Source: Acidobacteriota bacterium (GTDB lineage Bacteria; Acidobacteriota; UBA6911; JACQSX01). Taken from it: a stretch of DNA of 27,029 nucleotides. A model generated the notes under the pieces. That model ran no database searches. It saw only the letters and a program-made list of their open reading frames with translations, and was not told the origin of the DNA. Positions 1-10,525 of the stretch are shown here, piece after piece. Position numbers and translations under genes: made by a program. The stretch covers positions 1 through 27,029 of the forward strand of contig DASXQR010000145.1 of assembly GCA_036507075.1 (NCBI GenBank). The letters are read 5' to 3'. Positions within the stretch are counted from its first letter, which is position 1; every line of letters starts with the position of its first letter.

Positions 1-3
1 TCA

Positions 4-434
4 TTCACTACAGAGGCACAGAGGACACAGGGTAATTGCTTCTGTGTCCTCTGTACTACTAACTGCGAGAATTCTCTCGCGAAGAAAAACTTTTTCCTTA
101 TAGAGCCGCGCAGCGGCGTGAGAATTGTAGCCCCGGCCGGAGCGAAGCGGAGGCCGGGGTTGGCCCATTATTAAAAACACCAGCCCCGAAGGGGCGGCAG
201 AAGGTGTGACCACGGTCTGTCGCCCCGTCGGGGCTAGTCTAAAATGGGGCCGGGCTGGCCGCCCGGGTTACCCCGGGTTCCGCTTCGCTCCACCCGGGGC
301 TACAATTCTGGCCGCCGCTGCGCGGCTCTATAAGGAATTTGTTTTCTTTGCAAGATTCTCTAACTAATGACCAATGACTGATGACCGATGACGCGTTTGG
401 TTGCGGCTCTGCCGCGCTGCGCCTCTGTAGTGAA
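4..434. repeat. Composite nested palindromic element (outer TTCACTACAGAGGC...GCCTCTGTAGTGAA inverted ends)
   Basis: 4-17 TTCACTACAGAGGC is the exact reverse complement of 421-434. It encloses a large REP-like palindrome, a heptamer run (361-391) and GGTTGCGGCTCTGCCGCGCT. Confidence 0.75.
94..337. repeat. Long REP/REPIN-like inverted repeat
   Basis: Left arm TTCCTTATAGAGCCGCGCAGCGGCG..AGAATTGTAGCCCCGG..GGAGCGAAGCGGA pairs with right arm TCCGCTTCGCTCC..CCGGGGCTACAATTCT..CGCCGCTGCGCGGCTCTATAAGGAA. Inner arms AGCCCCGAAGGGGCGGCAGA / TCTGTCGCCCCGTCGGGGCT. Confidence 0.85.
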
Positions 435-458
435 TTCATAGTGGTACAATTGACACCC

Positions 459-1448
459 ATGAATTCCCGCTTCTCGATTGGAATTTGCCTGATCGCAGCT
501 TTATTTCAAAGCGTCTCCACATTCCCCCAAACCGGCGGTGGGCATACCCTCTTTGGAGACCTTCGTGTCGATGAAAGCAAAGTCCCAGGTCTCAAGCCCC
601 AGGTGTACTACATCACTTTGAGCAGCACCGGAAGCAGTATCGGCCCTCGCCAGGCGATCAGCAGCAACGGGCGCTATCGTTTCCTGGACGTGCGCAACGG
701 TGAATACGATCTCATCATTGAGGTCGATGCCCGGCAAATCGAAAGAATCCATCTGATCATCAATGAGATGGTCCGCACGGACATTCGCCGGGATCTTTAC
801 CTTGAATGGAAACCCGAGTTCGAAGCCAAGGCGGCACAAAAGGCCGGGACCATCTCGGCGGGCGAGCTTTACATCAGGCCGGGATCCAACAAAGCCCGAT
901 TTACAAGAGCGCTGGAGCAGATGCAGAAGCGCGATTACGGCCAGGCCGTTCGACTGTTGAGTGAAATAGTGGAATCGGACCCGCATGATTTCGAAGCATT
1001 GACCGAACTGGGGACGGCTCATTTTAATCAGAACCAGCCTTCCGAAGCCGCCAGCCGTTACCTGAAAGCGCTGGCCGAGCATGCTGCTTATCTTCCAGCT
1101 TTGTTGAACCTTGCAAAACTCCGTCTCTCAGAAAAAAATTACGATGGCGCCATCGAAACTCTAACGTTGGCAGTGCAGTCCCATCCCACTTCCGCCGACT
1201 CTAATTTTCTTCTGGGAGAGTCGTATCTGCAGGCGAAGAAGGGTTCCAAGGCCGTCATCTACTTGAATGAAGCGCTGCGGCTTGATCCGATAGGGAAGGC
1301 TGATGCGCATTTGAGGCTGGCCGCGCTGTACAAGGCCGCCAGGATGAAGGATAAGGCTGTCGAGGAATACGAAAGATTCCTCGTGAAAAGACCGGATTAC
1401 CCGGAGAAGGAGAAGCTTCAGGCCTATATAGCGGAGAACAAGAAATGA
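459..1448 (+). CDS. Exported tetratricopeptide-repeat protein with N-terminal carboxypeptidase-regulatory-like beta-sandwich
   Basis: Signal-peptide-like N-terminus from MNSRF, NGRYRFLDVRNGEYDLII motif and several TPR-like helical repeats. The track's upstream extension (381-458) lies in repeat DNA. Confidence 0.85.
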   Translation: MNSRFSIGICLIAALFQSVSTFPQTGGGHTLFGDLRVDESKVPGLKPQVYYITLSSTGSSIGPRQAISSNGRYRFLDVRNGEYDLIIEVDARQIERIHLIINEMVRTDIRRDLYLEWKPEFEAKAAQKAGTISAGELYIRPGSNKARFTRALEQMQKRDYGQAVRLLSEIVESDPHDFEALTELGTAHFNQNQPSEAASRYLKALAEHAAYLPALLNLAKLRLSEKNYDGAIETLTLAVQSHPTSADSNFLLGESYLQAKKGSKAVIYLNEALRLDPIGKADAHLRLAALYKAARMKDKAVEEYERFLVKRPDYPEKEKLQAYIAENKK

Positions 1449-1451
1449 GTC

Positions 1452-1504
1452 TTCACCACAAAGGCACGAAGGACACAAAGAATTCTTTGTGCCTTTGCGG
1501 TGAA
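1452..1504. repeat. TTCACC...GGTGAA hairpin element (nonamer family), possible bidirectional terminator
   Basis: TTCACCACAAAGGCAC...GTGCCTTTGCGGTGAA followed by a T run, between convergent genes. Confidence 0.8.
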
Positions 1505-1517
1505 TTTTTTTTGTCCC

Positions 1518-4500
1518 CTAAAAATCGTACCTCAACGCAAACTGCATTACGCGTGGCGATCCTTGAATGCTCTGGTATCGCCCGAATGTCGGGTCGGGAG
1601 GCACGAGCTGCGGATCTACCGCCAAACCATAACCGGCGCGCCCGCCTATCAACCCGCCCAGACGCTGCGTATTGGTCGCATTAAAAACCTCCCATCGGAA
1701 CTGCAGCTTGTGTTCTTCGTATATTTTGAACGACTTGTTCAATCCGAAGTCGAGCGCTACGTAACCTTGGCGGCGAAAGATGTTGCGCTGTCCAGTTTCC
1801 CCGGGCTTGGCATTGCGGAAGCTCTGGTACGCGTACAACGGATCGGCAAAGACGTTGGGTGCCGCGCCGCCTTTGTTGGGTTCGGCTTTCAGCGGTCGAA
1901 TGAGCGTTCCCCAGCTCTGAACGTTCCAATTAGTCGCCCACACCTCAGCGTCAATCGGCGCGCTCAGTGGCAGGCCGGAGTTCCAGCGGAAGACCGACGT
2001 CAATTCCCACCCGCCCACGACTCCGTCCACAAAGGGATTGACCGAATTGAGGAACGTGCGCCCACGGCCTATCGGAATATTCCACAGGCTGGTCGCGTTG
2101 ACGATGTGCTTGACATCAAAGTCGGACAGTCCCTTGTTGTCGTCCGGTCGCAGCGCGTTGAGAATGAAAGCCGCTCCAAATCCTCCGTTGCGCTCCAGGC
2201 CTGAACCGTTATCCAACGATTTGCTGAATGTGTAGTTGAAGTCCAGCGTCAACTGTTCCTTGAAGCGCTCGCGAACAGTCAATGTCCCGGCATGATAATC
2301 CGAATAGCCGATGGAGCCGAAGGCTGCAAGAGCGCCGTACTGAGGCTGGTAAAACAGGCTGGGCACAATTCCAGCGAAATCGAGTGCGTCCTGCAGCGTC
2401 GTGTAATCGGCCGCGGCGCCTGCGGCCGCTAATTCACGCGCTACTGCAAGGTAAGCCATCTGTGTCGAGGTAAGATTTCCTGCCGGGAATTTGAACCCGT
2501 AATAACCTTCCAACTCGCTCCGCACCTTGGCAGGATCCGGAAAGAGGTTCTGAAAGTAAGGAATATTCTGAACCTGAGCATAAGGCGTACCCTTGGCGCG
2601 CAGGTCATAGAGCAGGCCGGCTGCGGTGTACCAGTCCATCTTCGACGCCGGATCGACCAGATTATTCGTCGCCATCACGTCGCGTGTAGCCAGCAGGTCT
2701 CGCCCCATTCGCCCGATGTAAGAAGCCTCCACGGTAAAACCGTGGGCAAATTCGCGCCCGATTGAGAAGTCCCAAGAATTCTGATAAGGCGTCTTGATCG
2801 TGTCGTCCAAACTTGACTCAATCCGCCGTGCCCCGTTGGCAGACTTCGAGAGCGGGAATTTGAGAGCAGTAGGAACGGTAATTCCGGGCAGCGTCCGGAT
2901 CGGCTGGGTAAAACCGGTAAACCGCGGTGCCGGCCTCGTTGTAACGTTGTAGGTGTTGGCGGAAATCACAGTTGAGGAAGAGAAACCCAATGTGTTTGCG
3001 CCATCGAACGAGACGGCCAACTGATTGCCCAAGTGATCATACAATGTGGCAAAACCGCCGCGGATTACTGATTTGCCACCGGTCCCGAACACGCTGCGCA
3101 GGAAAGCGTTGTCAAATGAAGGCGACCAGGCGAACGCCGCGCGGGGCGCAAAGTTGTTCTTGTCCATTTTGTAGAAGCCGGGCTTGCCATTCTTCGGACC
3201 TGCCAGATCGACGGTGATGAGTTGGTTGTACGGGACCCCTTTCGCTGCCCCTTCTTGCCGAAGCTGGAAAAACTTCCCCAATCCAATATTGGGTGTTACC
3301 TGCAGCCCGTGTGTTTCATACACCGGGGTGTTCACGCCGTAGCGTAACCCCAGAGTTAGGGTCAGTCCTGAAGTGACTCGCCAGCTGTCCTGGCCATAAA
3401 AATCATACTCTTCGGTGGCAAAGGTGCGACCCACTCCCGTCCCGGGTGACAGTACGCTTCCGTCAGCGCCGAAATTGAAATTTCCCTGGTACTGCGAATA
3501 GCGGCCGATGAGGGCCGTGACGGTGTTTCTGACGGTAGAGGTGTTGCCCTGAATGTTAGTCTGGATTGGTACCAGGACGACACCGCCGGATGATGCATAA
3601 AACGAGGGATTCGTAACCGCGCTGTCGTAAGAGTTCGCAAACGAGGTCCGGCTGTTTCTGATGAGCCGGATATTCGTGCCGAACTGCCAGATATGCTTTC
3701 CCCTCGTCCAGGAAACATCGTCCACAAAGTTGTGGACCGGTGTGATGCGGTCCAGAGTGCGTGAAAAGGACCGGGGTGAATAAATGAATCGGAATGAAAT
3801 GTTATTGTCAGCCGAGTCCCCCTGCTGCGAGAAAGCTTGCCGCGTTATTCCATATCTGAACGTGTTCACCAGTTGTGGATTCACGCTCCAGGTATGGATC
3901 GCTGCCAGGCCGGTGGGGTGATTCCACAGGCTCGGAGTGGGTGTGTCGGGAAACTGCTGCTCCGTCAACGCGGACTGATCGTGCGTATAGTTGCCCCGAA
4001 GGAGCAGGTTATGCTTTCCGTCCTCGGTTAAATTGAAAGAGAGAGTCGCGGTGTGGGCGTTCTGCTTCACCGGCAGCGGCGCGTTGAAACGGAAGCCGCT
4101 ATAGTTGAGTCCATCGCCTTGGCTGGTGTCGTTTGCCGGATAGCGCTTGGCTGCATCGGCAAAAATGGCAATCGCAACTGGATTCATCCCCACATCCGGA
4201 TACAATGCATTGAGCTCCTGCGTGGAAAGAGTAGTGATACCGCCCTGTTTATTCTGGTACTTAACCTGCCCCAGGCCCATGCTGGGGAGCGGAACGGTGC
4301 GGAGCACGCTGTTTCCTTTGGCGTCGCGCCGCCCTTCATAATTGTAGAAGAAGAAAACGCGGTCCTTCATGATGGGACCGCCCACGGATCCGCCGAACAG
4401 GTTTCGGATCAATTTGGGCCGATCAACTTTAGGGATCGCGCGGTTGTTGAAAAAATCATTAGCGGTCGTTATGGTGTTGCGGTGGTATTCATACAGCGAG

Positions 4501-5228
4501 CCATGCCATTGATTCGTTCCCGTTCTGGTAACCAGCGAAACCTGACCGCCAGATGACCTCCCCTGCGTGGCTGTGGGAGTAGCAGTGGTAACGCGGAATT
4601 CTTGAACTGAATCCGGATTGATCCGCACAACCGTGGTAAACGCCTCGCCTGTCTGCTGCTCATTTACATCCACTCCATCCAGCGTGATGTTGGACTGATC
4701 GCTGCGCGCGCCGGTTACGTAACCGGTAGATGTAACGCCTGGCTGAGCGCTTAGCAAATTCGCAACGTTTCGGGACTCAAGCGGAAGTTCGCGAATTTGT
4801 GTTCCATTAATGGCATTGCCCAGAGTGGCGTCAGTGGTATTCAGCTTGGAGACACCTGCTTCCACGGTGACTGTTTGGATGAGTTCCCCCACCTGCAACT
4901 GCAGATCCACTGTTGTGGGCGTGTCCACCAGCAATTCCACTTTCTCCTTGATAACGGTCTTGAAGCCCTGCAGTTCCGCTTTGATCTGATACGTTCCCGG
5001 TAAGAGCTGCACTATTCGGTAAACGCCTTCGTCGCTGGTGATGGTCATGCGCGAGGCGCCCGTGGAGCTGGTGGCGGTGACGGTAGTACCGGGAACAAGC
5101 GCTCCGTTAGGATCGGTCACCTTTCCAGTGACGGATGTAACCTGGGCAAAGGCCGGAGTCACAAAGAACACAACGGCTATGGCAAACAAAAAACAAAACA
5201 GCTTTGATTTGCAAATAACCCGATTCAC
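1518..5228 (-). CDS. TonB-dependent receptor (carboxypeptidase-like N-domain, Oar-like barrel)
   Basis: GTG start after AAAAGGAGGA, signal peptide ending [13 protein letters not shown] plug motif, [10 protein letters not shown]-terminal [12 protein letters not shown] with terminal Phe. Confidence 0.93.
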   Translation of the reverse strand: MNRVICKSKLFCFLFAIAVVFFVTPAFAQVTSVTGKVTDPNGALVPGTTVTATSSTGASRMTITSDEGVYRIVQLLPGTYQIKAELQGFKTVIKEKVELLVDTPTTVDLQLQVGELIQTVTVEAGVSKLNTTDATLGNAINGTQIRELPLESRNVANLLSAQPGVTSTGYVTGARSDQSNITLDGVDVNEQQTGEAFTTVVRINPDSVQEFRVTTATPTATQGRSSGGQVSLVTRTGTNQWHGSLYEYHRNTITTANDFFNNRAIPKVDRPKLIRNLFGGSVGGPIMKDRVFFFYNYEGRRDAKGNSVLRTVPLPSMGLGQVKYQNKQGGITTLSTQELNALYPDVGMNPVAIAIFADAAKRYPANDTSQGDGLNYSGFRFNAPLPVKQNAHTATLSFNLTEDGKHNLLLRGNYTHDQSALTEQQFPDTPTPSLWNHPTGLAAIHTWSVNPQLVNTFRYGITRQAFSQQGDSADNNISFRFIYSPRSFSRTLDRITPVHNFVDDVSWTRGKHIWQFGTNIRLIRNSRTSFANSYDSAVTNPSFYASSGGVVLVPIQTNIQGNTSTVRNTVTALIGRYSQYQGNFNFGADGSVLSPGTGVGRTFATEEYDFYGQDSWRVTSGLTLTLGLRYGVNTPVYETHGLQVTPNIGLGKFFQLRQEGAAKGVPYNQLITVDLAGPKNGKPGFYKMDKNNFAPRAAFAWSPSFDNAFLRSVFGTGGKSVIRGGFATLYDHLGNQLAVSFDGANTLGFSSSTVISANTYNVTTRPAPRFTGFTQPIRTLPGITVPTALKFPLSKSANGARRIESSLDDTIKTPYQNSWDFSIGREFAHGFTVEASYIGRMGRDLLATRDVMATNNLVDPASKMDWYTAAGLLYDLRAKGTPYAQVQNIPYFQNLFPDPAKVRSELEGYYGFKFPAGNLTSTQMAYLAVARELAAAGAAADYTTLQDALDFAGIVPSLFYQPQYGALAAFGSIGYSDYHAGTLTVRERFKEQLTLDFNYTFSKSLDNGSGLERNGGFGAAFILNALRPDDNKGLSDFDVKHIVNATSLWNIPIGRGRTFLNSVNPFVDGVVGGWELTSVFRWNSGLPLSAPIDAEVWATNWNVQSWGTLIRPLKAEPNKGGAAPNVFADPLYAYQSFRNAKPGETGQRNIFRRQGYVALDFGLNKSFKIYEEHKLQFRWEVFNATNTQRLGGLIGGRAGYGLAVDPQLVPPDPTFGRYQSIQGSPRVMQFALRYDF

Positions 5229-5751
5229 AAATCCTCCTTTTAGGAATGACAAATTGGCGAGGGACTGACTGCCTGCGCGTGGCTCTCGATTCTGGATAGT
5301 AGTTTTACGGGCCGGGGTGGGCCATGTCACGGGGATCCGGACACAGATCTTCCCCGAAAAGAAGAGAACATCGCGAGACCCCATTCGCCCTCCAAGCGAA
5401 ACTGGAACTCAAACCTGCTGCAAGCCGCGCCCTGCTGTTATCCAAAAACTTGGATGGAAAAACGCGCAGCGCAATGAACGCGACTTTTGCGATGATGTGA
5501 CTAAGTTAAAAGATTTCTTTGCGGGCGTCAATCATTGAAAAGCTGCAGCGCAGCGCGAGCAAATGGGATCGCCCTGTGTTGTGGAGTTTGAACATTTCCG
5601 ATCGTGTGCCTCGCACCGGCCCAGATATTGCCAAATGTCAGAGCGCGAACGAACGGCGAGGCTATGCCTCGCGGGTGCTCAGCAGGGAAGTGAACTCGCC
5701 ATGTTGTTCTCATCAATTCTGGTGGGCGGTGTTTCACGTGGCCGGTGCTAA

Positions 5752-5803
5752 AATCGGCGCATGAAGAATCTCGCCATAATCGGCGCATGACGAATCTCGC
5801 CAT
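5752..5803 (+). repeat. 26-bp tandem duplication over the MNT start codon
   Basis: AATCGGCGCATGAAGAATCTCGCCAT (5752-5777) and AATCGGCGCATGACGAATCTCGCCAT (5778-5803), 1 mismatch. Confidence 0.9.
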
Positions 5804-6125
5804 CAGCTCGCACGAAAGGGATGCGCTTGCCGAGTTGAAGGAGAAACTTGAGCTTAGATTAGGGCCCGAGCTTCAGAAGCTGGTTTTGTTCGGGTCAAAG
5901 GCACGCGGGGACGCCGACCCGGATTCGGATCTGGACATCGCGGTGGTAGTGGCGACGTTGTCGCCTCAACTTAAAAAGGAATTATTGAATTTGGTGGCAG
6001 ACCTGGAATTGAAGTACCTGGTCGTGTTGGCGACGTTGATACTGTCGGCCGAGGACTTTCACCAACTGAAAGCACGCGAGAGAAGGATAGCACTCGACAT
6101 CGAGCGGGAAGGCATCGTCCTGTGA
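5787..6125 (+). CDS. Minimal nucleotidyltransferase (MNT), antitoxin-like
   Basis: LVLFGSKARGDADPDSDLDI (GS-x10-DxD) motif, C-terminal IEREGIVL, GTGA overlap with the HEPN gene. Confidence 0.9.
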   Translation: MTNLAISSHERDALAELKEKLELRLGPELQKLVLFGSKARGDADPDSDLDIAVVVATLSPQLKKELLNLVADLELKYLVVLATLILSAEDFHQLKARERRIALDIEREGIVL

Positions 6126-6526
6126 CGGAAGAAAATAAGAGGGTGAATATACGGGCGGAGCTCGACAGGGCCGAGCAGGTCAAAAAATCGGCAGAGTTGC
6201 TCTTCACTCACGGCCAGCTCACCGATGCTGTCTCGCGGCTTTATTACTTTGTCTTCCACACACTGAAAGCATTGCTGCTGACGGAAGGCCTGGAGCCGAA
6301 AAGCCATGAAGGCGCGCTTACGTTGTTTGGTCTTCATTTCATAAGAACGGCAAAGTTCGCTCCCGAAGAAGCCCACATAGTCTCCCGATTGATGAAATAC
6401 CGCCAGGAGGCGGATTACAACCCGGTTTATGTTTTCAGCCAGAACGATTACGTCGAAATGAAGAGAGATGCCGAGACCCTGGCACGCAAAATTTCCGATT
6501 TCCTGAAAGCTGCCGGATACCTGTAA
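6122..6526 (+). CDS. HEPN domain protein (UPF0332-like), partner of MNT
   Basis: AVSRLYY, PKSHEG and RQEADY motifs typical of the MNT-associated HEPN family. Confidence 0.88.
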   Translation: MTEENKRVNIRAELDRAEQVKKSAELLFTHGQLTDAVSRLYYFVFHTLKALLLTEGLEPKSHEGALTLFGLHFIRTAKFAPEEAHIVSRLMKYRQEADYNPVYVFSQNDYVEMKRDAETLARKISDFLKAAGYL

Positions 6527-6640
6527 GGTTTCGGATTAACGAAGGACAGAATTGCAAATTGTGCGCTAAAGCCCGTTGGTACAACGCGCGTAAACCGGGA
6601 TTATTTCTGAATACAGGTCTGTAAAGACGGCCACGTTGCA

Positions 6641-6732
6641 TTCACCGCCGAGTCGCAGAGCACGCTGAGATTTCGCAGAGGCTGGATTGCAGACTCTGCG
6701 AGGCTCGGCGATCTCGGCGTCTCTGCGGTGAA
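6641..6732. repeat. TTCACCGC...GCGGTGAA palindromic element (nonamer family)
   Basis: Arms of CGCAGAG-like units inverted against CTCTGCG-like units, between convergent genes. Confidence 0.8.
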
Positions 6733-6784
6733 AGCAATGTGGCGAATCGGCAACCGCTAGATTTGAGCACCACGCATCTTGCTA

Positions 6785-8698
6785 TCAATCATTTTCAATC
6801 TGCGCCTTCAAATTCAGATTTTTGATCAGCCGGTGCAGGTAGTTCGGATGCACTCCCAGGGCTTTGGCCGCTTCCGTGTAGTTTCCTCCGGACTTTTCAA
6901 CCGCATTCAGAATAAGACGCTTTTTGGCTTCTCGGATTGCACCGTGATAACCGGCCGGTGAACCGCCGCTTTCCGGCTGCGCTTCCAGAATGGTTTCGGG
7001 AAGATCTTCAGGCAGAATTAATTCTCCCGAACCAAGAACTACGGCCCGCTCAATGGCATTTTCAAGCTCGCGAACATTTCCCGGCCATTCGTAGCGCTTC
7101 AACAATTCCCCTGCCTTTGGAGTGATGCCCTTCACCCTGCGCTTTGTCCGGCTTGAGTATTTCTCCACGAAGTAACCGGCGAGCAGCGGTATGTCTTCCC
7201 TGCGGTCTCGCAGCGGCGGCACGGTCAGGCTCACCACGTTCAGGCGAAAGTAAAGATCCTGGCGGAACAATCCGTCGCGCACCATTTCCTCCATCTCTCT
7301 GTTGGAAGCCGCAATCACTCGCATGTCAACGCGAATAGGACGCGTGCCGCCTACCCGTTCAAACTCGCGCTCCTGCAGTGCGCGCAATAACTTGGCCTGC
7401 AGGGGTGTGGCAATTTCGGAAATCTCATCCAGGAAAAGGGTGCCTCCTTCCGCGATCTCCAGCCTGCCTTTCTTCTGCGCGATCGCTCCGGTGAAAGATC
7501 CTTTCTCATGTCCGAACAGTTCGCTCTCCAACAGCGTTTCGGTGAGGGCGGCGCAGTTGATTGCCACGAATGGCTTGTCGCAGCGGGGACTGTTTTGATG
7601 GATAGCGCGCGCCACCAGCTCCTTGCCAGTTCCGCTTTCACCCCGTACCAGGACGGTCGAATCAGTGGGAGCAACCTTGGCGATGAATTGATAAACCTGG
7701 CGCATTTTGGCGCTTTCGCCCACCATGTTGTGCTCAATTACGAGCTCGGACTGCAACCGGCGGTTTTCATATTCGAGCCACTGCATTTGCCGCGCATTTT
7801 CGAGCGCCACGGCGGCAATGCTTCCAATGCCGGCGCACAGTTGCAGATGGCTGTCGTCGAAGCGGCTCGAGGGATCGTGAGTATCAAGATAAATCACACC
7901 CAGCATGCGGTCGAGCATGGCCAGAGGAACGCACAGAACCGAGCTGATGCGGGCGTCCATCAGGCTATCTGCCTTTTTGAGCTCCTGGCTGGAAGCGATG
8001 TCGTTGCTCAGGATTGACACGCCTTCGCGAATCACCTGCTCCACCACGGTACGGCTGACTTGGATGTCCTGATGCAGCGCCGGGGGCCGGTCATAGCGAC
8101 ACACCGACTCCCACTGATTCGCTTCGCCGGCGACTATCAGGATCGCTCCGCGCTGCGCCGGTATCACCTCGAAGATCATTTCCAGCAGCCGGGATTTCAA
8201 TTCCTCCGGATTGGCGATGGTGTTTATCGAGTTGCTGATCTTAAGCAGCGTATTCAGATCGCGCGCAATCCGATTGGATTCCGGAAGCTTTCGCAGCAGC
8301 TTCTCCTGGCTGAGATACAAAGCATCTTTTCGGTGCAGCGGCTGCGTGTGCCAGGTCACGTCCGTCGAGTCGTTCAATGTCACGTGGCTCGGCTCGTCGG
8401 GCTCTTCCTCCTCGGTCAGGAACAGGAACACAATGTCACCGATTCGGATCTGGTCGCCGTGCTTCAAGTCGCGTTCTTTGACCGGAACTCCGTTGACCAG
8501 CGTGTGGTTCAGGCTTTGCATATCTCGAATCTTGAACCCGCCTTCGTGATTTTCGATCAGGGAATGCTGGCGCGAGACTGAAGCCTCATCCAGCGAAAGT
8601 CGATTGGTCCCGCTGCGCCCGATGGAGAAAGGCAAATTTTCGATCGGGAAGTAGGCTCCCTTCAGTTTCTCTGAAATCGCGACCAGTCTTGGATTCAT
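6785..8698 (-). CDS. Sigma54-dependent enhancer-binding protein with FHA and GAF domains and Fis-type HTH
   Basis: FHA ([18 protein letters not shown]), GAF (SVLCVPL..GVIYLD), Walker [38 protein letters not shown]-terminal HTH. ATG start at MNPRL. Confidence 0.95.
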   Translation of the reverse strand: MNPRLVAISEKLKGAYFPIENLPFSIGRSGTNRLSLDEASVSRQHSLIENHEGGFKIRDMQSLNHTLVNGVPVKERDLKHGDQIRIGDIVFLFLTEEEEPDEPSHVTLNDSTDVTWHTQPLHRKDALYLSQEKLLRKLPESNRIARDLNTLLKISNSINTIANPEELKSRLLEMIFEVIPAQRGAILIVAGEANQWESVCRYDRPPALHQDIQVSRTVVEQVIREGVSILSNDIASSQELKKADSLMDARISSVLCVPLAMLDRMLGVIYLDTHDPSSRFDDSHLQLCAGIGSIAAVALENARQMQWLEYENRRLQSELVIEHNMVGESAKMRQVYQFIAKVAPTDSTVLVRGESGTGKELVARAIHQNSPRCDKPFVAINCAALTETLLESELFGHEKGSFTGAIAQKKGRLEIAEGGTLFLDEISEIATPLQAKLLRALQEREFERVGGTRPIRVDMRVIAASNREMEEMVRDGLFRQDLYFRLNVVSLTVPPLRDRREDIPLLAGYFVEKYSSRTKRRVKGITPKAGELLKRYEWPGNVRELENAIERAVVLGSGELILPEDLPETILEAQPESGGSPAGYHGAIREAKKRLILNAVEKSGGNYTEAAKALGVHPNYLHRLIKNLNLKAQIEND

Positions 8699-8732
8699 GA
8701 CGGCGCCTGCTGTGGATGAAACATAGTTTAAC

Positions 8733-8786
8733 TTGGCTTTCTGCCTTGTTGGTTTATTCTTGTCAACCACCAAGGCACAAAGCCAA
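8733..8786. repeat. 22-bp inverted repeat (nonamer family, ends facing inward)
   Basis: TTGGCTTTCTGCCTTGTTGGTT / AACCACCAAGGCACAAAGCCAA, 2 mismatches. Confidence 0.7.
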
Positions 8787-8952
8787 CCTCAAAATTTTGT
8801 TTCGCCCACACAAACGGTTGCCGGCACTATCTGTTCGGATAGATGCCGCGCTGAAGTAGTGTTCTCTGTGCCGCAGCCTTCCCAAACGAAAAAACCTTTT
8901 CTATCAATACCTTCCCGTTCAATACCAGAACCGCCGCTGCGCGTTGGCAGCA

Positions 8953-8969
8953 TTGGCATTGCGCGTGCT
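8953..8969 (+). promoter_or_regulatory. Putative sigma54 (-24/-12) promoter
   Basis: TTGGCATTGCGCGTGCT has exact GG-N10-GC spacing, lies divergent from the sigma54 activator, and has a near-IHF-consensus TATCAATACCTTC at 8902-8914. Confidence 0.7.
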
Positions 8970-9128
8970 CTAACAGCGGCGACCTTAGAAAGAAGCCGAC
9001 GAACTCAAGGCGCTTCCTTCGAAAGAAAAGCCAAACGGTGGTTGAAGCAGTCGGACATCAGTCCGGTTCCACCCGAAAACCTAACGCGCTTCCGCTTCAG
9101 AAGCGCACAAGCCCTAAAGGAGGGTGCT

Positions 9129-9539
9129 ATGCGAAGCAGAATGATTGCAAAACTGTTCTACCTGGGAGTCTTGGCTACGTTCGCAGTATCGCTCGGATTG
9201 TCGCAGCGAAGGGAAATGGAAATAAAGATTCCATTCGACTTCACCGCAGCCAATCGGGACTACTCGGCGGGCACTTACAACGTGGGTACGACCGCGACCG
9301 GCCTGGCGCTGTTGCAGAACGAAAATGGTCATGCCGGATTCGTCAGCACGATTCCGCTTGGATCGGAAAAGGTTCCTGCGAAGCCTTGCCTGAAGTTCAA
9401 CCGGTACGGCAGCCAGTACTTCCTGTCTGAGATCTGGACGAGCCGCGGAATGGCGCTGCACAAGTCAAAGGCGGAGAAGCGCCTGGTGCGCAACAGCTCA
9501 CCGCTTCAGGTTGCATCCATCGACGGCACGGTCCGCTAG
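9129..9539 (+). CDS. Small secreted hypothetical protein (IPFDF..AGTY..LKFNRYG..YFL family)
   Basis: RBS AAGGAGGG then ATG, signal-peptide-like N-terminus, motif pattern seen in small acidobacterial hypothetical proteins. Confidence 0.8.
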   Translation: MRSRMIAKLFYLGVLATFAVSLGLSQRREMEIKIPFDFTAANRDYSAGTYNVGTTATGLALLQNENGHAGFVSTIPLGSEKVPAKPCLKFNRYGSQYFLSEIWTSRGMALHKSKAEKRLVRNSSPLQVASIDGTVR

Positions 9540-9607
9540 CGCGGTACTTGCTTCGAGACGCCCCGCCCCGGGCGTCTCTTGACTCGGCCCTGCCCCTGCC
9601 GAGTGAG

Positions 9608-9640
9608 TGTCGCGCCGCAAACCGGCGCGACATTTCTTTT
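9608..9640 (+). terminator. Rho-independent terminator
   Basis: 10-bp stem TGTCGCGCCG/CGGCGCGACA followed by TTTCTTTT. Confidence 0.75.
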
Positions 9641-9748
9641 GTGATCGGATTTGGGGTCGGGTTCCTCTTCAAAAAGAGGCTGTCACACACAAGCTCACGA
9701 TCCCGAAGCTGAAGAGCGCGGGCAAATTTAAACCCTAAGGAGGGTGCT

Positions 9749-10144
9749 ATGAAAGGCAAAGTGATCGCAGGACTGATGCGCTGGGCCGTTTACGCCGCCT
9801 TAGCCATTGTGCTCGTTTTGACACAGCGGAGCAGAGAGATGGACGGGAAGACTCCATTGAACTTCAGGATCGGCGACACGAGCTACCTGGCGGGAACCTA
9901 CCTGGTCCAATCGATGGACGAGAACAAGCTGATCCTGCCACCGGTCGTTAATGTTCCGTCCTCTGTCTTTACCGATGCGGCAAGCATCGACGACATGGAA
10001 CGTCCTGAGAAGGCGTCCACAAGATTTCGTCTTTATGGCACGCACCGCTTGGCCCGGATCTGGGCTGGTAAAAGGTCCCAGGCGCAAGAAGGTGTGAATG
10101 AATCACAAAAGCCGGAACCGCGAAAGCGCGAAAGCGCGAAGTGA
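9749..10144 (+). CDS. Diverged paralog of the 9129-9539 secreted protein
   Basis: Same CCCTAA(A)GGAGGGTGCTATG start context. Shared QR.REM..K.P..F......Y.AGTY.V and F..YG...L..IW patterns. Confidence 0.7.
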   Translation: MKGKVIAGLMRWAVYAALAIVLVLTQRSREMDGKTPLNFRIGDTSYLAGTYLVQSMDENKLILPPVVNVPSSVFTDAASIDDMERPEKASTRFRLYGTHRLARIWAGKRSQAQEGVNESQKPEPRKRESAK

Positions 10145-10152
10145 GTAGTCTG

Positions 10153-10525
10153 GAGTTACGAGGTTCTCGGGTTCCGGGTTTCGAGTTTCGGGTTAATTTG
10201 GCTTTCAGTTTGTTTTTAACAGTGAGACTGGGTCGGGTTCGGCCTGTGCGACTTCAATCGCATTCACCGCAGAGCCGCAAAGTGCGCCGAGGTTTCGCCG
10301 AGCTTCGTTTCTCTGCGCAAACTTTGCGTTTTCTGCGGCTCCGCGGTGAAATAGTTGAACGTCTGGCAGACACTTTCGAAAATCGCCATCAGGCGATGCG
10401 AATTTTTCAATTTTTGAATTCGTCAAGTGAACCCTTAACCCGCAACCCTCAACCCGCAAACCCGAAACCCGCAAACCCGCAAACTCGTAACCCGTAAACC
10501 CGGAACCCGTCAACCCGCAAACCGC
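10153..10525. repeat. Heptamer-armed palindromic element (CGGGTTN / AACCCGN) with nested nonamer element
   Basis: Left arm 10153-10194, right arm 10430-10525, with TTCACCGCAGAG...CGCGGTGAA at 10263-10350 inside. Confidence 0.85.

Noticed and set aside
1..460. ORFs 1-213 and 239-460, or an IS element
   Set aside because: They are translations of palindromic repeats, with no transposase motif.
8985..9110. c-di-GMP or other riboswitch in the leader (GAAA-loop hairpin, GGTGG/CCACC stem)
   Set aside because: The conserved flanking nucleotides of known aptamers are not recognisable; an Infernal search would be needed.
8733..9128. N-terminal extension giving a 268-aa ORF
   Set aside because: It spans the promoter region; the strong RBS and signal peptide start at 9129.
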